From the human T2T-CHM13v2.0 reference genome, Homo sapiens, in assembly GCF_009914755.1 (NCBI RefSeq), contig NC_060926.1: DNA of 64,000 bases; one strand, 5' to 3'. Positions 50,429-62,430 of this stretch are shown one piece after another. A model generated the notes under the pieces. That model was not told where the DNA came from. It did not search any database and saw nothing but the letters and a program-made list of their open reading frames with translations. A program made the position numbers and the translations under genes. Position 1 is the first letter of the stretch. The number at the start of each line of letters is the position of its first letter.

Positions 50429-53118
50429 TTCCAGCTGATTTCTAGACGAAGGCAGATCTTCGTCTAGAAATGTGGTCCTGAAACCTGTCTACTGGAAACA
50501 GCATTTCTGTTTACCCCTTATAAGTAATTGCTTCCTAAGGCCATCCTAGACTCTTTGGAAGTATTGATGAGGCCTCAATGGACACTGCCCATGATTTTAC
50601 TCAGGTGTGGTGTCATGTGAGTCAACGGCCATCCTTCCTTTACTCTCGACCACCTGGGAAGGTCTGGAAAAGGTCTCCTTATATTCTTCCCCTTTATCAT
50701 CACTGGGCCATCTATATATTTCATCTGAAAAGAATCTTTCCTCTTTAGGGCTCTCTTTGGGGCCTTAAAAGGTGTAGTAAATGTGTTCCTTTTACACCAC
50801 CATTTTCAGTAATTTATTCCAGACACTGGATCTTGTATTATTTAACTCTTAAATGCTTTCAGATTTCAAATATGCTTTGTATCAGCAAATACAAACTACG
50901 TATGTTGGCACTGGCATTTTAAGAACAAGAAGGTTAAAGTTTCAAAAGCAACATGCTGATTTTTTGGACATGACCAAGGTGTGATTAATTTTTCTGGGCG
51001 GAGGGATATGTGGCTGGAATTACTCAGAACCGCCCACCAGTTGCCTCTCAAGAGTGTTTGAAATTAAAACATTGCCATTGCTATTGCCTTTACTGTAGAG
51101 TGTGCACCAGAAACAAAGTCCTGCTCCTTTCCAAACTCCCAACCAAAATAACCCCAGGGCACTCTTGAAAGTAAGCATAATCTTCATGCAATAAGACATT
51201 TCACGGCACCATGTCTGAAACCTGAATGTATATCTTCTTTAAACAATCACAGCCTGCAATGCCTAATTATCCTGCTTCCAAAAGCATTGGGTTAGGCACG
51301 CAACACATCTCGGTAATGGAAGTGGACTGTAGTCTCCTAGAGCCAGTTCATAAAAGCAATGGAGTTGTTTTAATGTTGTCAATTCTCTCTCGGCAGTACA
51401 GTCAAGTAATGTAGCAGAACTGTCTGATGGCCAAGGTAATGATCAGAAGGGATATAACAGAGAGAGACATCTACTGGCTGGTATCGTAGAATTAGCTCAT
51501 TTATTCAGTTGGAAGAGTTTGGCTTGAGGGCCTCATGGCACTTGTTTCACAAGCCAACGTGCCCTCCACAAGAACATCACAGTCCAGACTGCATAAGATC
51601 TTAGGGTAAATGTCAAATTCCTCCTTACCTGCTCCTTCCCAGAACCATGACTCCATTTGTCAGTCTGGTGAAACCTCCTTCTCTCCCCTACATGCACATG
51701 CAGCTTTCATTGCTGAGTATCAATTACTTTTGTATTTGAGGATGGTAACTGCAGCTAAAAAAAAAAAAAAAAAAAAACAAAAATGAAGCTATTAGAATGT
51801 CCTGCCTTACAGATTCTTCAGAATTGACAACCAAGTGTCCAGCTCAGCTCAGCAAGACGATGTTTTCCATTCTAAAATTCTGTAGCACCACCAAGCACTT
51901 CTTAAAATGTGAAAACTCCATAAAGGGCCATAGCACCTATCACAGACTGATGTCCCATGGTCCTTGTTTTATCCCAAACTAATTTCCCTCTGAAACACTA
52001 TGATTTGTCATTGTTATTGGTCAATGCCCCTGTTAATTATTCATAATTCCCTCTCAATGATAATGCCCACACAGATAACTTGCTTTTCCTTGCTTCTATT
52101 CTACCACCCTCGCCTAGAATTGAAGGGGACCAGCAAGAATACTTCTATTCAGTACTATTCACATCAAGCATACTGAAGCTTGATGTTTGTCCTGCCCCAT
52201 ATTATTAGGCGTAAAACTCTCAAGACTCAGAGGCGCACCTTAATAGTGTTACACAGGCAGAGTCATGACATCCATGCTTGTCTACAGTAGACAATCAGAA
52301 CTCACTCCAAGAGGGAAGGGAAGTGATTTTTTTTTTTCTCAACAAACAGATTTTAAGATGGAAATCACTGATCTTACAGAGAGAATGAGGACACAGCATA
52401 GTCAGAGAGTCTCAGATACAGCATCTAGCACAGCATTTGCAGAGCACACTAGATATTGGTTGATAAAGATCCCAGACTTGAAGCCTGTACTTTCTGTAGG
52501 AGAATGAGCAAATATTAAGACTTAATATTAATATTGCCTAGAAGCAAGTAGTAGACAATCTTGCCCAGAAGGTGTGGGGCACAGAGAAAGTTCTAGACAG
52601 TGATATATTCCATTAAGGAGCATTATAGCTCCTTAGCTTAATAGAGAGAGGGGGGTCCAAAACTGTATAATGTTCTTGTTACAAGGTGTGTACTCAGTCG
52701 TCACCAATTAACTTTTCCTTGCCTTCATAAAGACCCAATTAAGATTCCTCCAGTATTGTGATGTAAGATGTCACTGCCCGGGGCCCTGCCAGACTCTTAG
52801 ACAGTGGTAAGCAGTCTCACTGGTGAACATCTATTCTATCCCCCAAATCCCTGGGAATGCCACCTGGCACACATGGGTTGTGACTCACAATTGGCCACAG
52901 ATTTTTCTCCCTCCTCCCCAAGGCTTGCCCTGGCAACCTTGGCTTAAAGCACAGAATGCTCTTGGTAAATATGAAGGGCTTTAGAAATATTAGTGTCAAT
53001 TGTCATTGTTGTTTTTGTTAAGACTACAATTTGGAGCTATAACCATAGGATTGACAACTTCCCCCCAATCCAATTATAACCACTATAAAGTGGAAATCTT
53101 AATTTCTTTCTCAAAGAG

Positions 53119-53339
53119 TAGTGATTTTCAAATGGGGGTGATTTTTGCCCCCAGGGGACATTTGGCTATGTCTGGAGACATTCTTTTGGTTGTCACAGTT
53201 GGGGGTGGGGGTGCTACTGGCATCTAGCAGGTGGAGGCCAGAAATGCTGCTAAACATCGTACAGTGCACAGGACAGCCCCCAAGCCCCAAAGAATTATCC
53301 CACCCCAAATGTCAATAGTACAGAGGTTGAGAAATCCTG
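53119..53339 (+). mobile_element. MER20 hAT-Charlie DNA transposon
   Basis: gggggtgatttttgcccccaggggacatttggc...tgctactggcatctag...aaatgtcaatagt...gttgagaaatcctg. Confidence 0.92.
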
Positions 53340-53595
53340 TCCTACAGGATCATGGGGAGGAGAGAAAAGATCTAGCCTTATTTTCTGCCTGAAACCCCAT
53401 TATTAGCTTCTGGGTTAAAGTCGGCCCTGGTGTAGCAACTGTGCTTGGGATGGGAAGACTAGGTGCTTCTTTAGCCCACTTTGCAATTGTGTGACCTCTG
53501 ACAAATCAAAATGACCAAATCCTAGTTTCACATATTCTGTTTCTGTGGTCAAATATATCCTAGGTTGGTATTCATAAACATGTTTACCATAATGC

Positions 53596-53714
53596 AAGTG
53601 ACACTGTAATGTATCTTCCATGTTTGAGAGTGAAAGGGGTGTTATTAATAATTATAGTGGGACAATAGGAGTAAATCTTGACTGTCCTAGGCAAACTAGG
53701 ATATGTGGCCATCC
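53596..53714 (-). mobile_element. MER94 hAT-Blackjack element
   Basis: tttgagagtgaaaggggtgttattaataattat...gggacaatagg...gactgtcctaggcaaac. Confidence 0.75.
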
Positions 53715-54562
53715 ACCAAGAAGAGGACAGCAGAAAATCAAACGAAAACAGCATCCTCCTCTGTTTATCTGGTATTCTGTCCACTCACCACTCATCTGCC
53801 TGCCTGGCTGCTATATCCACCCCCTTATATAGGAAGGACAAGGCTTGTTATCTCTAACTGGAGGGTAAGCAAGCTGAGAAGCAGAATGGGAAGCCAAGCA
53901 CCCCTCTGCCCCTGGTCTCCTGATTTATACCTCAGGGTCCTTTCATCTGAAGTCAGGTCTATCCTCCCCAACTGCAGCAGAAGAGAGATAGGCAGCAAGG
54001 AGCCAATACTTCATGGTGCCAGATTTGTGAGCCCATGCCTATTTCCTTAAGGGGTTTAACAAGCCTGTTATGTGCATTAAGTACTGGCTGCTTAAAAGAA
54101 TCTGCGACACCATCTTAATACTAACCAGGAGAGAAGCTGGTTAGCATTAAGTGCCCAGAGGGTCGTGAGCCAGGACAGATGGCCATCTTTTCTTCATTAA
54201 TGCTCAACTTCCTATAGCATCACTAGATAGCAAACCACATTCATCTTTATGGGAAGTTTAGGGAGAATAAAGGAAGAAAGACACTCATGGATAATGGAGA
54301 ACATCCTCACAGAAAACAGTCAAGCGTGGTCACCTGATTTAGATCTGGTTTTCTAACCTCACTTTCTATTTGTTGCAGTCCCTGATCTCTTAGATCCTGA
54401 AATAGTGCAATGGATTAGAATTTTCCTCTGTAGTTCTTGATCAAAGTAAGGCCAACTAACCTGGTTCTTCTCTTGACAGGACCTCCTGGGACAGGGGTTT
54501 TAGTGCTGGACCATGCCAACTCCAGCGGCTGCATAAAATTGGCTCACTCCTCTGTCCTAACA

Positions 54563-54753
54563 TAGGGTGCCAGAGAAGTACAGGATGCCCAATTAAATTA
54601 GAATTTCAGATAAACAACACATAAGAATTCAGTATAAGGATGTCCAACTATTACATGGAATATACTTATACTAAAAAGTTATTAGTTGCTTATCTTAAAT
54701 TCTGAATTAATTGGGTATTCTGCATTTTTTATTTGCTAAATCTGGCAACTCTA
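54563..54753. mobile_element. MER53 palindromic hAT MITE
   Basis: agggtgccaga...aatttcagataaacaac...tatacttatactaaaaa...atttgctaaatctggcaactct; self-complementary. Confidence 0.9.
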
Positions 54754-55395
54754 CCCTAATTTAAAGGTGCTTGCACTTCCTTCATAAAGCTACTGTCCTC
54801 TGCATCACTTGAAATGAACTATGATGTATATGGCCAAAGATTTACTTGAAATTAGAGAAAGCCATTGAGAAAGGGATGTGTGACAAATATGAACATTTTT
54901 AGGCACAAGGTCGGTGGTCATTGAGGTAAAATGGGGAATTTCTACTTTTCACTGGAACCAAATACTGTTTGGCTGGCCTGAGTCTCGCGATTTTACACAC
55001 AAGAAAAAAAAAAACCGTGATTTTAACGAAGAGCCATGACTGAAGCAATTTGCTGACTTGCAGTCAAGGACCAATGGCACCTTCCAGGGCTGGCCAGAAG
55101 AGGTTGAAAAAATAAAGCATCTAAAAATAAATGCTTTAAACTGTTTTGGCTCTTGCTTTGGGAAAAATCTATGAATAAAGAAGTCATTTGGATGGGAGAG
55201 TTAATGTTGTGTGTGGCAAATGGCAAGTTTCAGGGAAGAAGCCTCTATTCACTTACAACTGAATGATGCAGTGGAATAGAATTTGGGAAGAGGTAACTGA
55301 AGATGCTTTTAAAATTCTGGGTTATAAAGTTTTCAGGGCAAACTTCAGTCTTTTGAAGGTTATCCTTATATATCTTTAGTAAATAACAAGTTCTC

Positions 55396-55396
55396 T

Positions 55397-55428
<32 letters not shown>

Positions 55429-55710
55429 GAGACAGAGTCTCGCTCTGTCGCCCAGGCTGGAGGGCAGTGGCACAAACTTGGCTCACTGCAAGCTCCGCCT
55501 CCCGGGTTCACGCCATTCTCCTGCCTCAGCCTCCTGAGTAGCTGGGACTACAGATGCCCGCCACCACGCCTGGCTAATTTTTTGTATTTTTTAGTAGAGA
55601 CGGGGTTTCACTGTGTTAGCCAGGATGGTCTCGATCTTCTGACCTCGTTATCCACCCACCTCAGCCTCCCAAAGTGCTGGGATTACAGGCGTGAGCCACT
55701 GTGCCCGGCC
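55396..55710 (-). mobile_element. AluY SINE
   Basis: ctgcaagctccgcctcccgggttcacgccattc diagnostics; long poly(T); perfect 18-bp TSD agtaaataacaagttctc 55378-55395 / 55711-55728. Confidence 0.97.
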
Positions 55711-56452
55711 AGTAAATAACAAGTTCTCATTTTTAAGGGGAAATATATTTGGAAATGCCTATAAATTGTACTTTTAAAAATATAAATAATATTTCAAGTG
55801 TTTTAGTATCATAAAATAAAAATTAGAGGGGGGCCATTAAAAAAAAAAGGTATTTCAAAACACAGACAACATGGGATAGGCACCACATATCTAGCATGGA
55901 AGAAAAGGCTATAATCCAGAAAGGGAGAGGGGATGTTGGATCAATCATAAATGAGACAAAATTCCATCCTCTTATTTAAATTATCCACAACTAAATTGAA
56001 CTAAGGATTCCCAAGCCAATTTTCTTGCATAACAAATGTGTGATCTGTGGTTTACTTACTTGCAAGGAAACAATTTGAGGAGTGTTCAGTGACTTCCTTG
56101 CACACCCAGCTCCTTCCCTGGAAGTCTTGGTCTCCCCAGACTTGGAGGGGCAAATATCCCCCAGCCAACTTGTCTACCCAGAGGTCTTCCCTCCAGTCCC
56201 CACCAAGCCAGGATGCCAGTGAGGCAGCAAACATGATGTGTGTGGGTCCAGAGATGTGCTTGCTGCTCGCCTATGTCAACTGGAAATCATCTCTGACCAT
56301 ACTCTTTGCTACCTGAAATTCTGGATTTGGAACTGATCGGCCACTTACTTAATCATATTTGAAATAAAAATATCTCCTTCTTTTCAAATATAATCTGAAT
56401 TAAGATCAATGCTAAAGCATGAAATACATCATTTAAATCAAAACAACCCCCT

Positions 56453-56481
56453 TTCTCTCTCTCTGTCTCTCTCTCTCTCTC
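56453..56481. repeat. (CT)n microsatellite
   Basis: Directly visible, one interruption. Confidence 0.85.
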
Positions 56482-58387
56482 CCCACCATTCCTTTAGGCT
56501 CAGTTTCTCCAACAACAGTGAACAACTGTCCTGAAGCAGCAGTTTGCTATCATTATTTTATAATTCAGCCCATTCCATCATTTTGCCAGGGAAGGTTTGT
56601 GAGTCTGTATGCATGAGAGATACTCACAACATGGCAAGGCCCTCATAATCACCTGTGATTAATGCTAAGAACCCCCAGTGGTACATCCTTTAATGATGCT
56701 CTTAGAATCATGATGTCTGATCTTGGTTCTATTACTGTCAAAAGTGCTTTAATCTGCCCTGGGTTAAGGGCTCATACATCTATGCTGGTGCCTATCCAGG
56801 GAAGCAATTGGTGATTTTTTTTCACCCTCTGCCTCAAATATTCATTCTTTTTCCTATTTGCTTCATAACATAGAAATGAAAGCAGCAAAGAGTGTGTGTC
56901 CTCTGGAATCAATTGTAACTACTGCTATTACACAGGTCATTTGGCCCAAATTGAAGCATCCTGCCTGGTTTTTCTATGCCCTGACTTCAAGGCAACAGAA
57001 CAGGAAAGAGTAGTTCACAAGAAATAAAGTGCGATAGAGGCACTTCCTGGGAGAGGTCACCAATACATCGTGGTGTATTTCAGGGCCAATTTCAGTCAAT
57101 TGTTAACACTACCAGACACAGAAACCTCCAATGCCATTTGCTTATTTCAAAACTCCTTCCTGTTTAGTGTATCAGATGCTTTCCGCAGCAAGAGTTAGTG
57201 ACTTACAGGTTAAGCAAGAGGCACTTTTTGCATACCTGCTTGTGTTTTTAAATAAAGTGCATCCAGTTCCAGGGATGGCAGCCAGAACACTTCCCATTGT
57301 TTCTTTTAATACAGTGAGACAGTGACACCAACAAGCCACATAACCGTGGGTGGATCAATTATAATTTTTAGGCTTCAAGTTCCCCACCTGTCACAGGAGG
57401 AAATTAAACCACCAGGACTATTAAACTTCAAGTTCTGATGCACTGGGGGCTCCTGTCCCCACAATAATGCATAAAGAACAAGGAGCATGTCTTAAGATGG
57501 ATTTTTTCTTAAAGACAGAGGAAGTCACACTTTCATCAGGGCAAGTGACTTAATGTGAAACATTTCTTCAACTATTAACCCCAAGCTATTCATATCCCAA
57601 TTAGGTCTTATAAACAACATATTATACAGAAATTACTCCAACAATAAAGAATGAAATCACTAAGCTAAAGATGATTACTTGGCTGATTAGACTTGGCTTC
57701 CATGCTCCACAGACAGAAATTTTGTTGATGTTACTTGTGTGTGTGTGGGGTGGGGGTGGTGTGGGGGGGGTTTCCCTAAGCTCCTCTAATAATTCAGATA
57801 GAAGGGAGAAAGTAGAACTAATCTGAAATGAATATCTCTAGGAGACAGCCAAATTCCAAGTTGTACTCTAAATATAAGGATTGGAGCACTGGTAACAAAA
57901 ATGGGGATAACCCAAGCACAAGAATTTGAAGATAAGTACTGCAGGAATTTAGAAAATAGGCATGTTGGATAACATTAATGTAGTAAAAGCTCTTTCCTTT
58001 CTCTAGGCTGACAATGCCAAGCAGGGACCCGAGTATTCCGAGAAGAAAAAAAAAGCAAGAGTAGTTAAAATCCAAAACACTATTTTTGTTGTACCTCTGT
58101 TAAAGATCTTTTCTGTAATTTACTGCTGAATCCTAAATTGCATAGACCTAGATTCTAGTGCCATGATTTCAAAAAGTTGTCTCTATAGTCTGAAAATTAG
58201 CAGACATTTTTTGGAATAAATTGCCTTTCCAGAGAAAATACAAAATAACTTCTATGGTCATGTGTGAACATCAAGATTCAAAAATTACATTAACGGAATA
58301 AGATAAAGTCTCCGAAACTGCAATAAGAGTAAATGTCCCTAAAGTTGGAGAAGAATGTTATTATTTAGAGGAATGAATACCCTGAGC

Positions 58388-58552
58388 CAATGTTTTTCAG
58401 ACTTCAGGATGCATTTGAGTTCCCAGGGCATCTTGTTAAAGTGCAGATTTTGATTCAGTAGGTCAGGGATAGGCCTGAGAATCTGCATTTCTAACAAGCT
58501 CCCATATACTGCTGCTCCTGCTTATACTCAGACCACACTTCCAGTAAAAAGG
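58388..58552. mobile_element. MER5A1-like hAT-Charlie element
   Basis: atcttgttaaagtgcagattttgattcagtaggtc...ggcctgagaatctgcatttctaacaagctccca. Confidence 0.82.
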
Positions 58553-59198
58553 CTTCTAAATGACCAATTTTCAAAGAACTTGACTATAGCCATCTACACA
58601 CAGATTATCCTAAGAACAATTTGACATTTGTTTGATGATTTGGAAAGCACTTCTATTTCCTGAGGATCTTCATTTTCATCAATAATTATTACAAGAAAAT
58701 ATTCCCATTATTGAAGCTTTCATGTTTGGATTCTGCGTCATTAAAGGTTTATACTTTACAGACATGAGAAAAAGGCAAGGCACAAATGCAGAGAAGAGCA
58801 TTAATTTCCTCCCTAGCCTCCCTCTCTCCTGCAAGTTTAACTTCACACATAAATTTAACATGAGGAATACAGCAGGCATCAGACTGAGTATAGCCATATA
58901 AAAACTGGACTGCTGTTCTGAGAGATGTGGCTGAAGACTTCTACTCATCAGCCCCGATGGGAAAAGAACTGTCCTTTCCTGTTGGTAAGGACAGCAGCCA
59001 AGTTTACCTTATATACTCAACTTTTAATGTCATTGCCAGGAAAATGACATTTGAAGAAAGAAAGGGACCTTGATCTGTGGGTGGCCTGAAGATTGAAGTC
59101 TTTAAATTCTTCTATTTAGAGACCATTTAATACCACATTCGTTATTCTGATTCCTCTAAAAGCAATTTTTAAAAACTTTTGTTACCTTCCCCTGTCTT

Positions 59199-59333
59199 TT
59201 ATTATTATTATTATTATACTTTAAGTTCTGGGATACATATGTAGAACGTGCAGGTTTGTTACATAGGTATACACGTGCCATGGTGGTTTGCTGCACCCAT
59301 CAACCTGTCATCTACATTAGGTATTTCTCCTAA
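59199..59333 (-). mobile_element. Very short (~135 bp) L1PA7-like 3' end
   Basis: attatactttaagttctgggatacat...ttaggtatttctcctaa; TSD cttcccctgtctt 59186-59198 / cctcccctgtctt 59334-59346. Confidence 0.9.
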
Positions 59334-59349
59334 CCTCCCCTGTCTTCTA

Positions 59350-60205
59350 ATCCACTTGGCAAATATTTTTAAGCACCTACCTCATCTCAAACATTGTTTC
59401 AGAATCTGGGGACACAGCAGGGTTCAAAACAGAAATCTATGGCTTTATATTCTAATGGAAGACACCAGGCATAAACCAAATAAACTCCTAATTTAGAACA
59501 TAAGAAAGTGAAAAATTCTAAGGGGACTTGTTCAAACAGCATTGTTCATAGCAGCCAAAAGATGAAAGCTACCCAAATATCCACTGATGTATGAATGAAT
59601 AAACCAAATGTGGGGTATACATACAATGGAATACTATTCAGCATTACAAAGGAAGAAAATTCTGACACATGCTACAACACGAACGAACCTCAAGGACCTT
59701 ATGTTAAGTGCATAAGCCAGTCACAAAAGGACAAATATATTTTTACTCCATGTAGCTGAGATACATATGGTACATAAATTAATAGAGACAGAAAGTAGAA
59801 TGGTGGTTCTCAGGAGCTAAAAGAGGGAAGAATGTCCCCATTCTTCCATTTTAATGGGTATAGTCTCAGTTTTGCAAGATGAAAGGAGTTCTAGAGATCC
59901 ATTGCACAGCAATGTGAATAGACTTAACACTACTGAACTGTACACTTAGAAGTGAAGAGGGTAAATTTTATATTATGTGTGTTTTGTGTTATATGTCTTT
60001 CACCACATTTCTAAAACATGCTATGGAGAAAAGTTAAACAGAGAAGTAGGTTAGTTAGAAATGGGTCAGTCCGTTAAGGTGGGGGATGTTGCATTTTAAA
60101 TGGAGTAGTTAAGAAAGGTCTCATTGATCAGATGACTCTGGTGCAAAGACTTAAAGGAGGGGAGAGACTGGGCCACATGACAGAAGAATCTTCTGGCAGA
60201 GGAGA
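59350..60205 (-). mobile_element. L2 3' end split by an L1MB insertion (L2 parts about 59350-59500 and 60018-60205)
   Basis: caaatatttttaagcacctac...ctggggacacagcag; resumes tgctatggagaaaa...ttgcattttaaat...gaaaggtctcattga. Confidence 0.65.
59530..60017 (+). mobile_element. L1MB2/L1MB3-like 3' end
   Basis: cagcattgttcatagcagccaaaag...aattctgacacatgctacaac...cagttttgcaagatgaaag...actactgaactgtacactta. Confidence 0.85.
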
Positions 60206-60621
60206 TGGTGAGTGGATGGACTCAGGTAACAGAAATGACAAAGAGTACACAGCACTTACATATTTGTATTGTCTTCCTCAGTCTACCAGACAGCTAAGTT
60301 AGAGCTACTATCTGCTCATATCTGCAGGGCAGGGCCACTAATTGAGCTAACCTTTGGTCCTTTTGAGAGAATTGTCAGAAAAGACCTAATGGAAGCAAGC
60401 AAGGACTAATTTGAGAGCATCTAAGTTTTATGTTGCTCTGGCAGCTATTCATACCTTTCAAGATTTTGGAGAGCTGAAGCAAAGGACAAGCAAAGTGATA
60501 TGCTTTCAGCCAGCCTAGTCAGACTTCAGTTAACTAATGGCCTAGAGACGGGCGCAGGACAATAGGACGGGGAGCAGGGGATCTGTACCCAGCTCAGGCT
60601 CTGAGGAGAGAAAAGGTTCTA

Positions 60622-61233
60622 AATTCAACCATTGTAGAAAGCAGTGTGGTGATCCCTCAAATACCTAAAAAAAGAACTACTGTTCAACCCTGCAATCTCA
60701 TTACTGGGTATATACCCGAAGGAATATAAATCATTCTATCATAAAGACACATACACATACATGTTCATTGCAGCACTATTTAAAATAGCAAAGACATGGA
60801 GTCAACCTAAATGCCATCAATGGTAGACTGGATAAAGAAAATGTGGTACATATACACCATGGAATACAATACAGCCATAAAAAAGGAGATCATATCCTTT
60901 TCAGAAACATGGATGGAGCTGGAGGCCGTTATCCTTAGCAAACTAATGCAGGAACAGAAAATCAAATACTCATGTTCTCACTTGTAAGTGGGAGCTAAAT
61001 GATGAGAACACATGGACATGTAAACGGGAACATCAGACACTGGAGCCTATCAGAGGGTGGAGGGTGGGAGGAGAGAGAGGATCAGGAAAAATAACTGCTT
61101 GGTACTAGGTTTAATACCTGGGTGATGAAATAATCTGTACAAAAAATCCCTATGAGATAAGTTTACCTACAGAACAAACCTGAACATGTATATCTGAACT
61201 TAAAATAAAAGTTAAAAAATAAATACATACATA
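60622..61233 (+). mobile_element. L1PA13-15-like 3' end
   Basis: ttcaaccattgtagaaagcagtgtgg...ggagctggaggccgttatccttagcaaactaa...aggatcaggaaaaataact...gaacttaaaataaaagtt. Confidence 0.9.
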
Positions 61234-61664
61234 AATCTTAAAAATGCAAGAGGGTTGTTAGCATAAAGGACTTCCAGGGTAGCTGGGAAATAGAAGGACT
61301 GCTGGGGGAAGGGCCATCCCATTCTGCCTGGATCACAGGCTGGCTCCAGCATGGTGCTGTCTCAAGGGTACCAGGTGACTGGGGGCCTCAGACTGGTGCT
61401 TCTACAAGATTTTAGCAAGGAAAGGGGTTTACACAAAAGGCCCCAGCAGATGCAGGAGTGAGACGCTTGGCTTCAGGCATCTGAAGGGGAGCAGAGAATA
61501 AGAAAACCATTGGTGAATATATCTGAGATCCCCTCCGGAAACTCTCTAGAAACAACAGAGGGAAAGGAAAAGTCCAGAAGAATGTGGGTGCTGCTTATAC
61601 TGCGAACTCCTTTGTTAGTAAAGTCTGGGAAATTTGGTTTCTTGAAAAAATTCATTTCAAGTTT

Positions 61665-61686
61665 TGTGTGTGTGTGTGTGTGTGTG
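61665..61686. repeat. (TG)11 microsatellite
   Basis: Directly visible. Confidence 0.95.
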
Positions 61687-62139
61687 TCCAAAAGACTATA
61701 GGATTTAATTATCGAATCAAGCTCTCATCTTTAATTGTAGATCAGCTTAATTTTCGGTCAATTCCCTGAGGTAGCTGTGAGTGTCGAATAAAATAACAGA
61801 TGGAAAATACTTAGGGTACCTAAACATCCTAGCTCAGTCAGTAAATAATCGTGATTTTTATTCTATTCTTCTCATTGTCATTTTATTACAAGAGATCTTC
61901 CTTCCTCTTTCCACCCTGGAAAAAAAAAAAAAACATATCTGTCAAGAGTCTGCGCAAAGGAAATCTCTAAAGTTAGGTGGGTGATTTATTTGTCATGGTC
62001 CCTAATGAGGAATTTCGTTTTAAACCCTTTTGAAACATCTGTTGCGTTTCAACTCAGTAAGTGCAAATAACAGAAAAATAGTAGCATCTGGGCTAGAAGT
62101 AAAAAATATCTGCTCCTATTTTTAAAAAAAGAGTAAGAG

Positions 62140-62430
62140 CTAGAGCGGGGGATGGGGGGGGTGGTGGGGGAGGAGAGAGGAGTGGGGGAAGGGGAGGGGA
62201 AGAAAAAGAAAAAAGAGGGGAGGGGAGGTTGCTGCATTTCTCACACTAGCACTTGATCAGAAGTCCTGCTCTACCTGTCGCACAGGAAGCTGCGTGATTG
62301 ATGTGCACTTGCAGCTGCGCAGCTGCTCCTTGGAGTACCCAGAGTCCCCGTGCCCCGCCGCTGGGTCAGCACTTTCCTCTGCGGGTGCTGAGAAGTGACT
62401 TTCTGCATGCGTTTCCCACCCCCTCCCTTG
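62140..62430. promoter_or_regulatory. Putative promoter/enhancer core
   Basis: G-tract block, ETS-like caggaag, TGATTGAT, tandem CAGCTG E-boxes, MARE-like cgctgggtcagca; local CpG retention; non-repetitive. Motif-based only. Confidence 0.5.

Noticed and set aside
52511-52529. Palindrome aatattaag-a-cttaatatt
   Set aside because: 9-bp AT-rich arms are expected by chance at this window size.
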